A stretch of 52,557 nucleotides of DNA from positions 1 through 52,557 of the forward strand of contig DASWHO010000368.1 in assembly GCA_036398155.1 (NCBI GenBank), in the 5' to 3' direction. Position 1 is the stretch's first letter, and each line of letters opens with the position of its first letter. The position numbers and the translations under genes are program-made. Source of the stretch: Acidobacteriota bacterium (GTDB lineage: Bacteria; Acidobacteriota; DASWHO01). Below the pieces are notes generated by a model, which saw only the letters and a program-made list of their open reading frames with translations, had not been told where the DNA came from and did not search any database. Below, in pieces: positions 18,511 through 27,971 of this stretch.

Positions 18511-18546
18511 GTCCATGGGCGCCCTTCGGCCGCCCATGCCACCCGG
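18511..18546. repeat. P1 repeat, copy B2 (loop type beta), inverted relative to B1
   Basis: Sequence gtccatgggcgcccttcggccgcccatgccacccgg. Together with B1 it forms a 161-nt composite with CCGGGTGGCATGGGC / GCCCATGCCACCCGG termini. Confidence 0.9.
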
Positions 18547-18651
18547 ATTGGAATCGCCGCGGGAACTCGCGGACGCCTGAACCGTTTCGCTTAATGATGA
18601 GAAACCGCGGGGATCGTGGAGGCTAAGAGCCAGCGCTCCTAGAATGCGGCC

Positions 18652-19587
18652 ATGAAGATCACCGTCGTGGTCCCGAGCTGGAACGGGCGCGCTCTGCTGC
18701 CGGCGCTGCTCGAGTCGCTGCAGCGCCAGACCTTGCCGGCCGCCGAGGTGCTGGTGGTCGACGACGGGTCGCGCGACGAATCGGTGCGCTGGCTGCACCA
18801 GCGGCGGCCGGCGCTGCGGCCGATCGTGCTCGATCGCAACCGCGGGTTCGCGAACGCCGCCAATGTCGGGATCGGTGCGGCTCAAACCGAGCTGGTCGCG
18901 CTGCTCAATAGCGACGCCGAGCCCGAGCCAGAGTGGCTGGCAGCGCTCGCCGCCGCCGCCGGCGCCGCGCCCGAGTCGGTGGCCAGCTGGGCCTGTGCGG
19001 TCCTGCCGCTCGGCGGCGGCGGGCGGCTCGAGAGCGGCGGCGTACGGCTGCTGTCGAGCGGCTTTGGGGCGCCGCATCTGGCCGGAGCGGACGCGGCCGA
19101 CCATGTGCTCGAGCAAGAGGTGTTTGGTGCCAGCGGCGGCGCGATGCTGCTCAAGCGCAGCGCATTCATCGCCGCCGGAGAGTTCGACGTGCGCTTTTTC
19201 GGCGGCTTCGAGGATGTCGATCTGGCCTGCCGGCTGCGCTTGCGCGACCGGCGCTGCCTCTTGGTGCCCGGCGCGCGGGTGCGGCACCGCGGCGGCGCGA
19301 GCTTCGGGCGGCGCCGCGGCCTGCGCCAGCGCTGCGAGTTTCGCAATGCCGTCTGTATCGCGGTCAAGAACTTCCCGCCGCCGCTGCTGCGGCGCTGCCG
19401 CGGCGCGGTGATCGCGGCCCACCTGCGCGCGCTGGTCTACCTGGTGCTGCGCGGCCATCCGCTGGCTGCCGCGGGCGGAGAGCTCGACCTGTGGCGCTGG
19501 TGGGGCGCGCTGCGGCGCGACCGCAGCCTGATCCAGCGGCTCGCGGTCGACGCATCCGCGCTGGACCGCTGGATCGAGCCGGCCTAG
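18652..19587 (+). CDS. Family 2 glycosyltransferase
   Basis: 311 aa. ITVVVPSWNG, VLVVDDGSRDES (the DxD-type region), NRGFANAANVG and FFGGFEDVDLCxR-like FEDVDLACRLR. Confidence 0.85.
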   Translation: MKITVVVPSWNGRALLPALLESLQRQTLPAAEVLVVDDGSRDESVRWLHQRRPALRPIVLDRNRGFANAANVGIGAAQTELVALLNSDAEPEPEWLAALAAAAGAAPESVASWACAVLPLGGGGRLESGGVRLLSSGFGAPHLAGADAADHVLEQEVFGASGGAMLLKRSAFIAAGEFDVRFFGGFEDVDLACRLRLRDRRCLLVPGARVRHRGGASFGRRRGLRQRCEFRNAVCIAVKNFPPPLLRRCRGAVIAAHLRALVYLVLRGHPLAAAGGELDLWRWWGALRRDRSLIQRLAVDASALDRWIEPA

Positions 19588-19656
19588 GAGCAGGCTCCTG
19601 GCCAAACGTATTTTCCGCGCGGGCGTCGTAGCGAGCGGAGCGGAGCTCGTGGTAGC

Positions 19657-20736
19657 TTGGCCGCCATGAGCCGCGAACGCGACCCGCGCCGCAAACCCCA
19701 GCGGAGCCGGCCGGCCCATCCGTTCGCCCGGCCCAAACCGCCGCCGAATCCTCAGGTCGAGCAGGAGCGCAGTCGGGCCGCCGGACTGCTGCTGGGGCTC
19801 GCCTGCGGCGACGCGATGGGCTATCCGATCGAGCGCAAGCCGCTGGCGCGCATTCGCGAGCACTATGGCCGTTCCGGCATTCAAGACCTGCCGCGCGACG
19901 CGCGCTTCAGCGACGATACCCAGCAGGCGGTGGCGGTCGCCGAGGCGCTGGCTCGGGTCGGGGCGGCGAGCGCTGCGATCGTGCTGCGCGAGGTGGCGTG
20001 GGAGCTGCTCAATTGGGCGCGCTCGCCGGAATCCAACCGCGCGCCGGATCCCGACTCGATCCACGGCGCCCGCCAGCTCGAGCGCGGCCTGCGGGCGGCG
20101 CCCGATCCGGCCGCGGTCAGCGCGGCGGTCTTGGTTCGGGTCCTGCCGGTGGGCTACTTCTACGCCGGCCGGGCCCAGGAGCGCGATCAGCTGGCCGCGG
20201 CCGTGGCGCGCCTGACCCACGGCCATCCGGTGGCGATCGAAGCCGCGGTGCTCGCCGCGCAAGCCGCCGATCTTGCCGGCCGCGAGCCGCCTTCGAGCTG
20301 GCTGAGCGAGCTGCAGGCGAGCTGCACTCGAGCCGAGCTGCGCTCGGCCCTGGAGCTGCTGGTCGCGGCCGAGCGGGTCGAGGACGCCGATCTCGCCTTG
20401 CAGCGGATCGGTGAGGGATGGGACGCGGCCAGCGCCCTCGCGCTGGCCCTTTATGTCGTGCGCCGGCATCCTGACGATCTCAGGGCCGGCATCGCCCGCG
20501 CGGTCAATTTCGGCGGCGACTCCGATACTGTCGGCGCGCTGGTCGGAGGGCTTTTAGGCCTGCGGCTCGGCGCCGAGGCGGTGCCGCCGCCGTGGCTGCG
20601 GCGGCTCGAGAAATCGACCTACCTGCAGCGCTTGGCCGCCGCGCTGGCGCGGCGCCGCGGCGCGACGCTGAAACGCAAGGGGAGGCTGCTCGCTTTGGAC
20701 GCGAGCGCGAGGGGTGAAACCCCTCGCTTGGAATAG
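19657..20736 (+). CDS. ADP-ribosylglycohydrolase (ARH/DraG) family protein with an Arg/Pro-rich N-terminal extension
   Basis: 359 aa. GLLLGLACGDAMGYPIE, FSDDTQQAVAVAEAL and GGDSDTVGALVGGLLG are the ARH di-metal site motifs. The first 40 or so residues are R/P/K-rich. An alternative ATG lies at 19666. Confidence 0.8.
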   Translation: MAAMSRERDPRRKPQRSRPAHPFARPKPPPNPQVEQERSRAAGLLLGLACGDAMGYPIERKPLARIREHYGRSGIQDLPRDARFSDDTQQAVAVAEALARVGAASAAIVLREVAWELLNWARSPESNRAPDPDSIHGARQLERGLRAAPDPAAVSAAVLVRVLPVGYFYAGRAQERDQLAAAVARLTHGHPVAIEAAVLAAQAADLAGREPPSSWLSELQASCTRAELRSALELLVAAERVEDADLALQRIGEGWDAASALALALYVVRRHPDDLRAGIARAVNFGGDSDTVGALVGGLLGLRLGAEAVPPPWLRRLEKSTYLQRLAAALARRRGATLKRKGRLLALDASARGETPRLE

Positions 20737-20741
20737 CCCTC

Positions 20742-22115
20742 ATGTCCGAGCGGGTCGTGATCGTGGGCGCGAGCGCCGCCGGGCTGGCCGCGGCCGGCCG
20801 CGCGCGCCGCCTGCGCCCCGATCTCGAGCTGGTGATCCTGGAGGAGGGCGCGGTTCTGGGCCCGCCGATCTGCAGCGCCCCTCACGCCCTGGGCGGCGAG
20901 CTGCCGGAGCTCTCCGAGCTGGCGCGCTGGACGCCGGAAACTCTGCTCGATCGGCGCGGTATCCGCGCCATCGTCCGCGCCAAGGCGACCCAGATCCGGC
21001 CCGGCCAACGGCGGGTCCTGGCCCAGTTGCCCGACGGCGCGCGCGCGTTCGGCTACGACCAGCTTCTGATCGCGACCGGCTACCGCGCCCGCGAGCTGCG
21101 CCTGCCCGGGGCCGAGCTCGCGGGTATTCATCGCGCGGCGCGGTTTTCGGATTTCAGCGCCATGATCGCGGCGCTGCCGGCCGCCGGCGCGCCTGCGGTG
21201 GTGGTCGGCGGCGGGTACATCGGGTTGGAAGTGGTCGAGGCGCTGGCCCGGCGCGGGCTCAACGTGACGCTGTTCGAGAAGAGCGCGGCGCTGCTGCCGC
21301 TGATCGACCCCGAGCTTTCGCCGCTGATCGAGGCCGAGCTCGCCGCCCACGGCATCACGGTTCGGCTGTCCGACACCATCGTCGGCTTTCAAGGCAGTCC
21401 GGGCGGCCGGCTCGAAGGCGTGCATCTGCGCGGCAGCGCGCCGCCGCTGTCCTGCGCCATGGCGGTGGTCGCCGTCGGCGTGGAGCCCGAGACCACGTTG
21501 GCCCAAGGCGCCGGCGTGGCGCTCGGCATCAGCGGTGCGATCGCGGTCGACGCGCGCCAGCGCACCTCGGTCCCGGCGGTGTTTGCGGCCGGGAACTGCG
21601 CCGAGACGCGCCTGCGGATCACCGGCCAGCCGGCTTTCGTGCCGCTGGCGCCCTCGGCGGCGCAGCAGGGAAGGGTGGCGGGCGACAACCTCGCCGGACG
21701 GCCGAGCGAGTTTGCCGGCGCGGTCGCGGCCGCTGTGGTTCGGGTGTTTGGCCTCACGGTCGCGAGCGCCGGACTGACCCGCGCGCAGGCCGAAGCGGCC
21801 GGGTTTCGGGTCGCGGCGACCGACATCGAAGCGCGCAGCACGGCGCGCGGCTTCGGCGATCGGACCGTCCGGGTGCGACTGCTGACCGAACGCGGCCGCG
21901 GGCGTCTCCTCGGCGGCCAGATGATCGGCGACGCAAGCTGCGCGCACCGGATCAATGCTCTGGTGGCGGCGCTGGCTGCTGGGTTCAGCGCCAGCCAGCT
22001 TGCCGAGCTCGACTTGGCGTACGCGCCGGCCTACGGCCCGATATCCGATCCGCTGACGGTGGCGGCGCGCGCCGCGGCGCGCGGCGGGTCGAAGTCGGGT
22101 GGCAACGGAGATTGA
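20742..22115 (+). CDS. FAD-dependent pyridine-nucleotide-disulfide oxidoreductase (CoA-disulfide reductase / NADH oxidase-like)
   Basis: 457 aa. VVIVGASAAGLAAA FAD motif, a single candidate redox Cys in GPPICSAPHAL, a second dinucleotide motif VVVGGGYIGLE, and AAGNCAE. It starts 5 nt after the ARH gene. Confidence 0.8.
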   Translation: MSERVVIVGASAAGLAAAGRARRLRPDLELVILEEGAVLGPPICSAPHALGGELPELSELARWTPETLLDRRGIRAIVRAKATQIRPGQRRVLAQLPDGARAFGYDQLLIATGYRARELRLPGAELAGIHRAARFSDFSAMIAALPAAGAPAVVVGGGYIGLEVVEALARRGLNVTLFEKSAALLPLIDPELSPLIEAELAAHGITVRLSDTIVGFQGSPGGRLEGVHLRGSAPPLSCAMAVVAVGVEPETTLAQGAGVALGISGAIAVDARQRTSVPAVFAAGNCAETRLRITGQPAFVPLAPSAAQQGRVAGDNLAGRPSEFAGAVAAAVVRVFGLTVASAGLTRAQAEAAGFRVAATDIEARSTARGFGDRTVRVRLLTERGRGRLLGGQMIGDASCAHRINALVAALAAGFSASQLAELDLAYAPAYGPISDPLTVAARAAARGGSKSGGNGD

Positions 22116-22282
22116 CGCAAGCGCCGCGTTCGCTTGTCGCTCACCGGCGGGCGGTCGCGGCAGGTAATCGCTCCAAAGTCGATGACCGCAGGCCGGTTAA
22201 CCGCTCGGTGGCTTGCCGATGTACGGCGGCAGGCATTTTGCTCCGAATCCCAGCTCGAAGAGGATGAAGTGATCGACAGAAA

Positions 22283-22309
22283 TATAGGGGAGGGGCTTGT
22301 CCCCTCCCG
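22283..22309 (+). repeat. P3 hairpin repeat, copy I
   Basis: Sequence tataggggaggggcttgtcccctcccg, in the recA upstream region. Confidence 0.9.
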
Positions 22310-22381
22310 AAGAAGGAGGCAGCAGCGGGCGCGCCACCGGGCTATCGAGCGCCTTGACGGTTCCGCGCCCGCTCCCATAGG

Positions 22382-23491
22382 ATGAGCGCAGAAGTCATAG
22401 CGATGAGCCAATTGCCACAAAGCGAGAAGAAGAAGGCGGCCGAAGCCGCCCTGCACCAGATCCGCAAGACCCATGGGGTCGGCTCGATCATGCGCCTGGG
22501 GGATCAGAGCGCGGTGGTCGCAGTGGCCGCAATCCCCACCCGTTGTCTGCTGCTCGACGCCGCGATCGGAGTCGGCGGCATGCCGCGTGGCAAGGTGATC
22601 GAGATCTTCGGCCCCGAGTCGAGCGGCAAGACCACTCTGGCGCTGCATGTGGTGGCCGAGGCCCAGCGGGCCGGCGGCATGGTCGCCTACATCGACGCGG
22701 AGCACGCGCTCGATCCGGAATACTCCAAGAAGCTCGGCGTCGACGTGGAGAACCTCTTGGTGTCGCAGCCCGACCACGGCGAGCAGGCGCTCGACATCGC
22801 CGATACACTGATCCGCAGCGGCGCGATCGACGTCATTGTGGTCGATTCGGTGGCCGCCTTGGTGCCGCGCTCGGAGCTCGAAGGCGACATGGGCGACGTG
22901 CTGCCCGGTTTGCAGGCGCGGCTGATGTCTCAGGCGATGCGCAAGCTCAACGCGATCGTAAACAAGAGTCAGACCTGCCTGATCTTCATCAACCAGATCC
23001 GCGAGAAAATCGGAGTGCTGTTCGGCAACCCGGAGACCACACCGGGCGGCCGGGCGCTCAAGTATTATGCCGCGGTGCGCCTCGATATCCGCCGCATCGC
23101 CACCATCAAGGAGGGCGATCAGGCGATCGGAAACCGGGTGCGGGTCAAGGTGGTCAAGAACAAGGTCGCGCCGCCATTTCGCCAGGCCGAGTTCGACATG
23201 CTGTTCGACAGCGGGATCTCCCGCGAAGGCACCTTGGTTGACGTCGGCGTCGATCAGAAGGTGATCGAAAAGTCCGGCACCTGGTTCACCTACGGCGAAA
23301 CCCGGCTCGGGCAGGGCCGCGAGAACGCCAAGTCCTTCCTGTGCGACAACCCGGATATCGCGGCGACATTGGAATCGCAGCTACGCAGCAAGCTGGGTCT
23401 GGCCGAAGCCAAGGCCAAACCAGAATCCGCCGAGCCTGCTGCCGCGCCCGCGGCTGCTCCGGCGCGGTCCCGCGCCGCCGCCAAGTCTTAG
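22382..23491 (+). CDS. recA: Recombinase A
   Basis: 369 aa. GSIMRLGD, Walker [31 protein letters not shown], and an Ala/Pro-rich C-terminal tail. The alternative start ATG at 22403 ([11 protein letters not shown]...) is at least as likely. Confidence 0.93.
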   Translation: MSAEVIAMSQLPQSEKKKAAEAALHQIRKTHGVGSIMRLGDQSAVVAVAAIPTRCLLLDAAIGVGGMPRGKVIEIFGPESSGKTTLALHVVAEAQRAGGMVAYIDAEHALDPEYSKKLGVDVENLLVSQPDHGEQALDIADTLIRSGAIDVIVVDSVAALVPRSELEGDMGDVLPGLQARLMSQAMRKLNAIVNKSQTCLIFINQIREKIGVLFGNPETTPGGRALKYYAAVRLDIRRIATIKEGDQAIGNRVRVKVVKNKVAPPFRQAEFDMLFDSGISREGTLVDVGVDQKVIEKSGTWFTYGETRLGQGRENAKSFLCDNPDIAATLESQLRSKLGLAEAKAKPESAEPAAAPAAAPARSRAAAKS

Positions 23492-23501
23492 CCCCGCCGG
23501 C

Positions 23502-23518
23502 GCGCCCTATCCGCCGCC
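23502..23518 (-). repeat. P5 17-nt motif GGCGGCGGATAGGGCGC (reverse orientation)
   Basis: The plus strand reads gcgccctatccgccgcc, 11 nt after the recA stop. Confidence 0.8.
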
Positions 23519-23616
23519 GAGCAGGCGGTGTTGGTTGGTGGTCTGCAAGATGCTGCAGCACGGCCTGGTGGGCGGTGGAGAGTGGGCCGGACCGGCAGTA
23601 CAATGGAACCGGCAGA

Positions 23617-23692
23617 GCGGGTGTAACTCAGCTGGTAGAGTGTCAGCTTCCCAAGCTGAAAGTCGCGGGTTCGATCCCCGTCACCCGCTCCA
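23617..23692 (+). tRNA. tRNA-Gly (anticodon CCC), CCA encoded
   Basis: Hand-folded cloverleaf. The acceptor is GCGGGTG/CACCCGC, the D arm ACTCAGCTGGTAGAGT, the anticodon stem TCAGC/GCTGA with loop TTCCCAA, and the T arm GCGGG-TTCGATC-CCCGT. The discriminator T is followed by CCA. Confidence 0.9.
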
Positions 23693-23745
23693 TCTTTCTC
23701 GAACACCATGCGTCCCGCCCTCGGGTGGCGGGCAGGAGGAGCCAC

Positions 23746-24255
23746 GTGGGACTTTTTGGAAAAGATCGGCCCGAGCCTTCCGAAGCGCCAGTGCGCAGCG
23801 GCGCCCCTGAGACCCAGGGCAAGGCCGAGCCCTCGACCACGATCCTGGGCAAGGGTTGTCGTTTCGAGGGTCGCCTCAGCGGTGCCGACGATGTCTTGAT
23901 CTTGGGGCAATTCAAAGGCGAGATCGACCTCAAGAGCGACCTCAATGTCGGACCGGGCGGGGTGGTCGAGGCCGACATCAAGAGCCGCAACGCGCTGATC
24001 AGCGGCCGAGTCGTGGGCAAGGTGGCCGCCCAGCACAAGGTCGAGATCGATCCGCGCGGCACCCTGTTGGGCAGCATTCAAGCGCCCAAGCTGGTGGTGG
24101 CCGAAGGGGCTCAATTCAAAGGCGATGTTGATATGGCGAGCGCGGAGAACGCGCGCCGAGTGGAAAGCGGTCGGGTCGAGAGCGGACGCGCGGACAGCGG
24201 CGCCGTTCCACCGGAGCTGCGTGACCGCGGCAATTTGAAGCCGGCCAAGGTTTGA
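23746..24255 (+). CDS. Bactofilin (DUF583 polymer-forming cytoskeletal protein)
   Basis: A GTG start at 23746 lies 5 nt after AGGAGG ([10 protein letters not shown]...). The beta-helical bactofilin core reads [61 protein letters not shown]... The C-terminus has a short RVESG x2 repeat. Confidence 0.85.
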   Translation: MGLFGKDRPEPSEAPVRSGAPETQGKAEPSTTILGKGCRFEGRLSGADDVLILGQFKGEIDLKSDLNVGPGGVVEADIKSRNALISGRVVGKVAAQHKVEIDPRGTLLGSIQAPKLVVAEGAQFKGDVDMASAENARRVESGRVESGRADSGAVPPELRDRGNLKPAKV

Positions 24256-24274
24256 AGCTCTGCGGGAGGTCATT

Positions 24275-25768
24275 TTGAGCAAGGCTCCGGTCTATCGAAA
24301 TTTCATCGCCGGTCAGTGGGTCGACAGCGGCAGCGGCGAGTCGTTCGAGAATCGCAATCCCGCCAACCGCGAGGATCTGGTCGGCCTGTTTCAGAGCTCG
24401 AGCGCGGCGGACACCCGCGCCGCGATCGGGGCCGCGGCCGCCGCTTACGAGCGCTGGCGCAAGACCCCGGCGCCGAAACGGGCCGAGATCGTGTTTCGGA
24501 TCGGCGAGATTCTGCGCCGCGAGAAGGAGCGCTTCGCCCGCGACATGACCCGCGAGATGGGCAAGGTCCTGGCCGAAACCCGCGGCGACGTTCAGGAGGG
24601 CATCGACACCGCGTACTACGCGGCCGGCGAGGGGCGGCGGCTTTTCGGGCAGACCACGCCCAGCGAGCTGCCCGACAAATTCATGATGTCGGTGCGGCTG
24701 CCGGTCGGGGTGGCGGCGTTGATCACGCCGTGGAATTTTCCGATGGCGATCGCGACCTGGAAGATGTTTCCGGCGCTGGTCTGCGGCGACACCGTGGTGC
24801 TCAAGCCGGCCACCGACACGCCGCTCTCGGCGCTGCATCTGATCGAGGCCTGTGTCGAGGCCGGAGTGCCCGCCGGAGTAGTCAATCTGGTCACCGGCGC
24901 GGGCCGGACGGTGGGCTCGGCGCTGCTCGAGGACGACCGGGTTCGGATCGTTTCGTTCACCGGCTCGACCGAGGTCGGTCGCTTGATCAACCGCGCCTGT
25001 GCCGACAACTTCAAGCGCGTGTCGCTGGAGATGGGCGGCAAGAACGCGATCCTGATCTTGGAGGACGCCAATCTCGATCTGGCGCTCGAGGGCGTGGTGT
25101 GGGGCGCCTTCGGCACCACCGGCCAGCGCTGCACCGCGACCTCGCGGGTCATCGTCGACCGCAAGCTGATGAAACCGTTTTTGGAGCGCTTGGGGGCGCG
25201 CGCCGGCCAGCTCAAGCTCGGCGATGGCCTGGATCCATCGGTCGAAGTCGGTCCGCTGATCAACGAGGGACAGCTGGCCACGGTCGACAAATTCGTCCAG
25301 ATCGGAAAAGACGAAGGCGCGCGGCTCCTATGCGGCGGGCAGCGCCGCTCCGACGGCGCGCTGGCGAAAGGAAGCTTCTACGCGCCTACGATCTTCGCCG
25401 ACGTGGGTCCGGAGATGACGATCGCGCGTGAAGAGATCTTCGGTCCGGTGCTGTCGGTGATTCCCTGCTCCGGCTTGGAGGACGCGGTGCGGATCTCCAA
25501 CGACGTGGCCTATGGGCTGTCGTCGGCGCTCTATACGCAGGATGTCAACCGGGCCTTCGCCGCGATGCGCGACTTGGATGCCGGCATCACCTACATCAAC
25601 GCCTCGACCATCGGCGCCGAAGTCCATCTGCCGTTCGGCGGCACCAAGCAGACCGGCAACGGCCACCGCGAGGCCGGCACCGCGGTGCTCGATCTCTACA
25701 CCGAGTGGAAGTCGATCTACGTGGATTTCAGCGGCAAGCTGCAGAAGGCCCAAATCGACAACCAATAG
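24275..25768 (+). CDS. NAD(P)-dependent aldehyde dehydrogenase
   Basis: 497 aa. TTG start with a GGGAGG RBS. Contains [15 protein letters not shown] (catalytic Glu) and GQRCTA (catalytic Cys). Confidence 0.92.
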   Translation: MSKAPVYRNFIAGQWVDSGSGESFENRNPANREDLVGLFQSSSAADTRAAIGAAAAAYERWRKTPAPKRAEIVFRIGEILRREKERFARDMTREMGKVLAETRGDVQEGIDTAYYAAGEGRRLFGQTTPSELPDKFMMSVRLPVGVAALITPWNFPMAIATWKMFPALVCGDTVVLKPATDTPLSALHLIEACVEAGVPAGVVNLVTGAGRTVGSALLEDDRVRIVSFTGSTEVGRLINRACADNFKRVSLEMGGKNAILILEDANLDLALEGVVWGAFGTTGQRCTATSRVIVDRKLMKPFLERLGARAGQLKLGDGLDPSVEVGPLINEGQLATVDKFVQIGKDEGARLLCGGQRRSDGALAKGSFYAPTIFADVGPEMTIAREEIFGPVLSVIPCSGLEDAVRISNDVAYGLSSALYTQDVNRAFAAMRDLDAGITYINASTIGAEVHLPFGGTKQTGNGHREAGTAVLDLYTEWKSIYVDFSGKLQKAQIDNQ

Positions 25769-25772
25769 TCGT

Positions 25773-25789
25773 GGCGGCGGATAGGGCGC
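25773..25789 (+). repeat. P5 17-nt motif GGCGGCGGATAGGGCGC
   Basis: Lies 5 nt after the ALDH stop, at the head of a 353-nt non-coding spacer. Confidence 0.8.
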
Positions 25790-26121
25790 CGTCTGCCGCG
25801 TTGGGCTAGCTCGGGTTCCTCCGGCGTACCCTTAGTACGCCTCCGTCACCCTCGCGTCGCCCGCCTTGCAGCCGGCACCCTCTCCACCGCCCTCGATGCC
25901 GTGCTCACTAACCCATGTGCGGCTGATCCCGGTTCTGCGCAAGGCTTCGCTGCGCGAAGGCCGTGACCTGGCGCATCGGTGTGCCTGGGTGGAGCAGGCA
26001 AAACGGCGGCGTTCCTGCTACGCTGTAGCCAAGAGGGGCAAAACAGCCCGTCGGCGATGGCGCCAGAGCGCGTCTGGCGGATTGGGGTGCCGGGCCCGAC
26101 CGATAAGTCGGAGGTAGGGTC

Positions 26122-26556
26122 ATGGTGCGGCTGATCATCGCGTTACCAGTGATGTGCTTGCTGCTGGCGGGTAGCGGCGCGGCGCAAACGGCGTTTCAGT
26201 GCCCGATCGAGGTCCACAACGACGGTCTGGGGCTTCGACTCCTGACGGTTCACATCAGCGATTTCCGCGGCGACGATGAGTCGGTCACGGCGCAGGTCCG
26301 GGCCAGCGACGGCGTCAGCGCCGGGGCCGGCGCGCTCTGGGCCAAAGGCGAAAACCTCTCCTTCACCTTCAGCCTGGTTCCCTTGGACGGAGCCGTGCTG
26401 CAAGTGCTGCACGTGTTTCGCTGTCCCGGAGGGATCTTCGCCGGATGTCCCGGCCGGGAGGTCCAGATTCGCGCCGATGGGATTGTGGAGCTGGCCAATC
26501 TCTACAACGTGAGCCTGCCCTTCTGCGAACCGCTCGAAGGTCCGCCGCCGTCGTAG
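26122..26556 (+). CDS. Small secreted Cys-containing hypothetical protein
   Basis: 144 aa with a GGAGG RBS upstream. Signal peptide MVRLIIALPVMCLLLAGSGAAQT and four Cys in the mature part. GC3-rich codon usage matches its neighbours. No family was recognised. Confidence 0.6.
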   Translation: MVRLIIALPVMCLLLAGSGAAQTAFQCPIEVHNDGLGLRLLTVHISDFRGDDESVTAQVRASDGVSAGAGALWAKGENLSFTFSLVPLDGAVLQVLHVFRCPGGIFAGCPGREVQIRADGIVELANLYNVSLPFCEPLEGPPPS

Positions 26557-26653
26557 GCCACTCGCGATCGACTGGTCCGTTCCGGCGCGGGGTCCGCGTG
26601 CGCCGGACGGACCGGTGTGCGACAGCGGCGGGTTCCCTTGGTAGAATGGCGGC

Positions 26654-27958
26654 ATGAACGGCGGGTGGGCTCGGCTGTGCGCGACCCTTCTGGTGTTGTT
26701 TCCGGCCGGGTCGCGGGCGGCGGATGTGGTGGTGGCCGATCTCGGCGGCCCGATCCACCCGATCGCGGCCGAGTATGTCGCCGAAAGCCTGAGCTTCGCC
26801 GCCGAGTCGAAGGCCGCGCTCTATGTCCTGCGGCTCGATACCCCGGGCGGCCTGCAGACTTCGATGGACCAGATCGTCAAGACGATTCTGCACGCCCCGG
26901 TTCCGGTCGCGGTGTTCGTCGGCCCGAGCGGCGCCAAAGCCGCGAGCGCCGGTTTCTACATGGTGATCGCGGCCGACATCGCCGCCGCCGCCCCCGGCAC
27001 CAACCTGGGCGCGGCCACTCCGGTTTCCGGCGAGGGCCAGGAGCTGCCCGAAACCCTCAAGCGCAAGGTCGAGAGCGACGCCGCGGCCGGGCTGCGCTCG
27101 GTGGCCGAAAAGCGCGGCCGCAACGTCGAGCTGGCGGAGAAGGCGGTGCTCGAGGGCCGCTCGTACAGCGCGCAGGAGGCGCTCGAAGGCAACCTGATCG
27201 ATCTGGTGGTGGAAGACGTCCCGGCCCTGATTCGAGAGCTGAACGGGCGCGAGATCACCCGCTTCGACGGCCGCAAGGTGCGGCTCGAGCTCGGAGCAGT
27301 CCGGATCGTCGAACGGCCGATGAGCTGGCGCCAGGAATTCCTGGCCGTGCTGATCAACCCCAATCTGACTTTTCTGTTGATGGGCATCGGCATGCTGGGT
27401 CTGTACATCGAGCTCACCAATCCCGGCCTGATTCTGCCCGGCGTGGTCGGCGGCGTGAGCCTGATTCTGGCCGGCCTCGGGCTGTCGCTGTTGCCGATCA
27501 ACTACGCCGGCGCCGCGCTGCTCGCGCTCGGCATGGTGCTGCTGGTGCTCGAGATCAAGGTCACCAGCTACGGTCTGCTCACGGTGGGCGGCGTCGCGGC
27601 CATGATCCTCGGCGGCTTGATTCTGATTCAGGATCCGGTCACGCCCGAGCTGCAGCTCTCGCCGTCGCTGATCTACGGGGTGCCGATCGGCATCGGACTG
27701 GTGACCTTTGCCATGATCACCTTGGTGATCCGAGCTCACCGGCGCCGGCCCAGCACCGGCGATGAAGGCATGTTGGGACTGGTGGGCAGCGCTCCCCAAG
27801 GCTTGGCGGCGGCGCGGCCGGGCATGGTGATCGTGCACGGCGAATACTGGAGCGCCGAATCCGACGATCCGGTGGCGGCCGGCGCTCAGGTCGAGGTCGT
27901 CGCGGTCGATGGGCTGCGACTCAAGGTGCGACCGATTCAGGAGCCCCGCGAGGGGTAA
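26654..27958 (+). CDS. NfeD-family membrane-bound ClpP-class serine protease
   Basis: 434 aa. Signal sequence, ClpP-like domain (LDTPGGL ... [12 protein letters not shown]), a central multi-TM block and a C-terminal NfeD OB-fold ([12 protein letters not shown]...[13 protein letters not shown]). It immediately precedes an SPFH gene. Confidence 0.88.
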   Translation: MNGGWARLCATLLVLFPAGSRAADVVVADLGGPIHPIAAEYVAESLSFAAESKAALYVLRLDTPGGLQTSMDQIVKTILHAPVPVAVFVGPSGAKAASAGFYMVIAADIAAAAPGTNLGAATPVSGEGQELPETLKRKVESDAAAGLRSVAEKRGRNVELAEKAVLEGRSYSAQEALEGNLIDLVVEDVPALIRELNGREITRFDGRKVRLELGAVRIVERPMSWRQEFLAVLINPNLTFLLMGIGMLGLYIELTNPGLILPGVVGGVSLILAGLGLSLLPINYAGAALLALGMVLLVLEIKVTSYGLLTVGGVAAMILGGLILIQDPVTPELQLSPSLIYGVPIGIGLVTFAMITLVIRAHRRRPSTGDEGMLGLVGSAPQGLAAARPGMVIVHGEYWSAESDDPVAAGAQVEVVAVDGLRLKVRPIQEPREG

Positions 27959-27971
27959 AGGAGGAGTTTCG

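Noticed and set aside
18475-20469. A 664-aa minus-strand ORF spanning the GT2 and ARH genes.
   Set aside because: It crosses an intergenic spacer and two well-supported plus-strand genes, and the translation is featureless and Arg/Ala-rich. It is a GC-skewed frame artefact.
23617-26121. tRNA-Gly as the attachment site of an integrated element carrying the bactofilin, ALDH and downstream genes.
   Set aside because: I found no direct repeat of the tRNA 3' half downstream, no integrase, and no compositional change. The downstream genes look like ordinary chromosomal genes.
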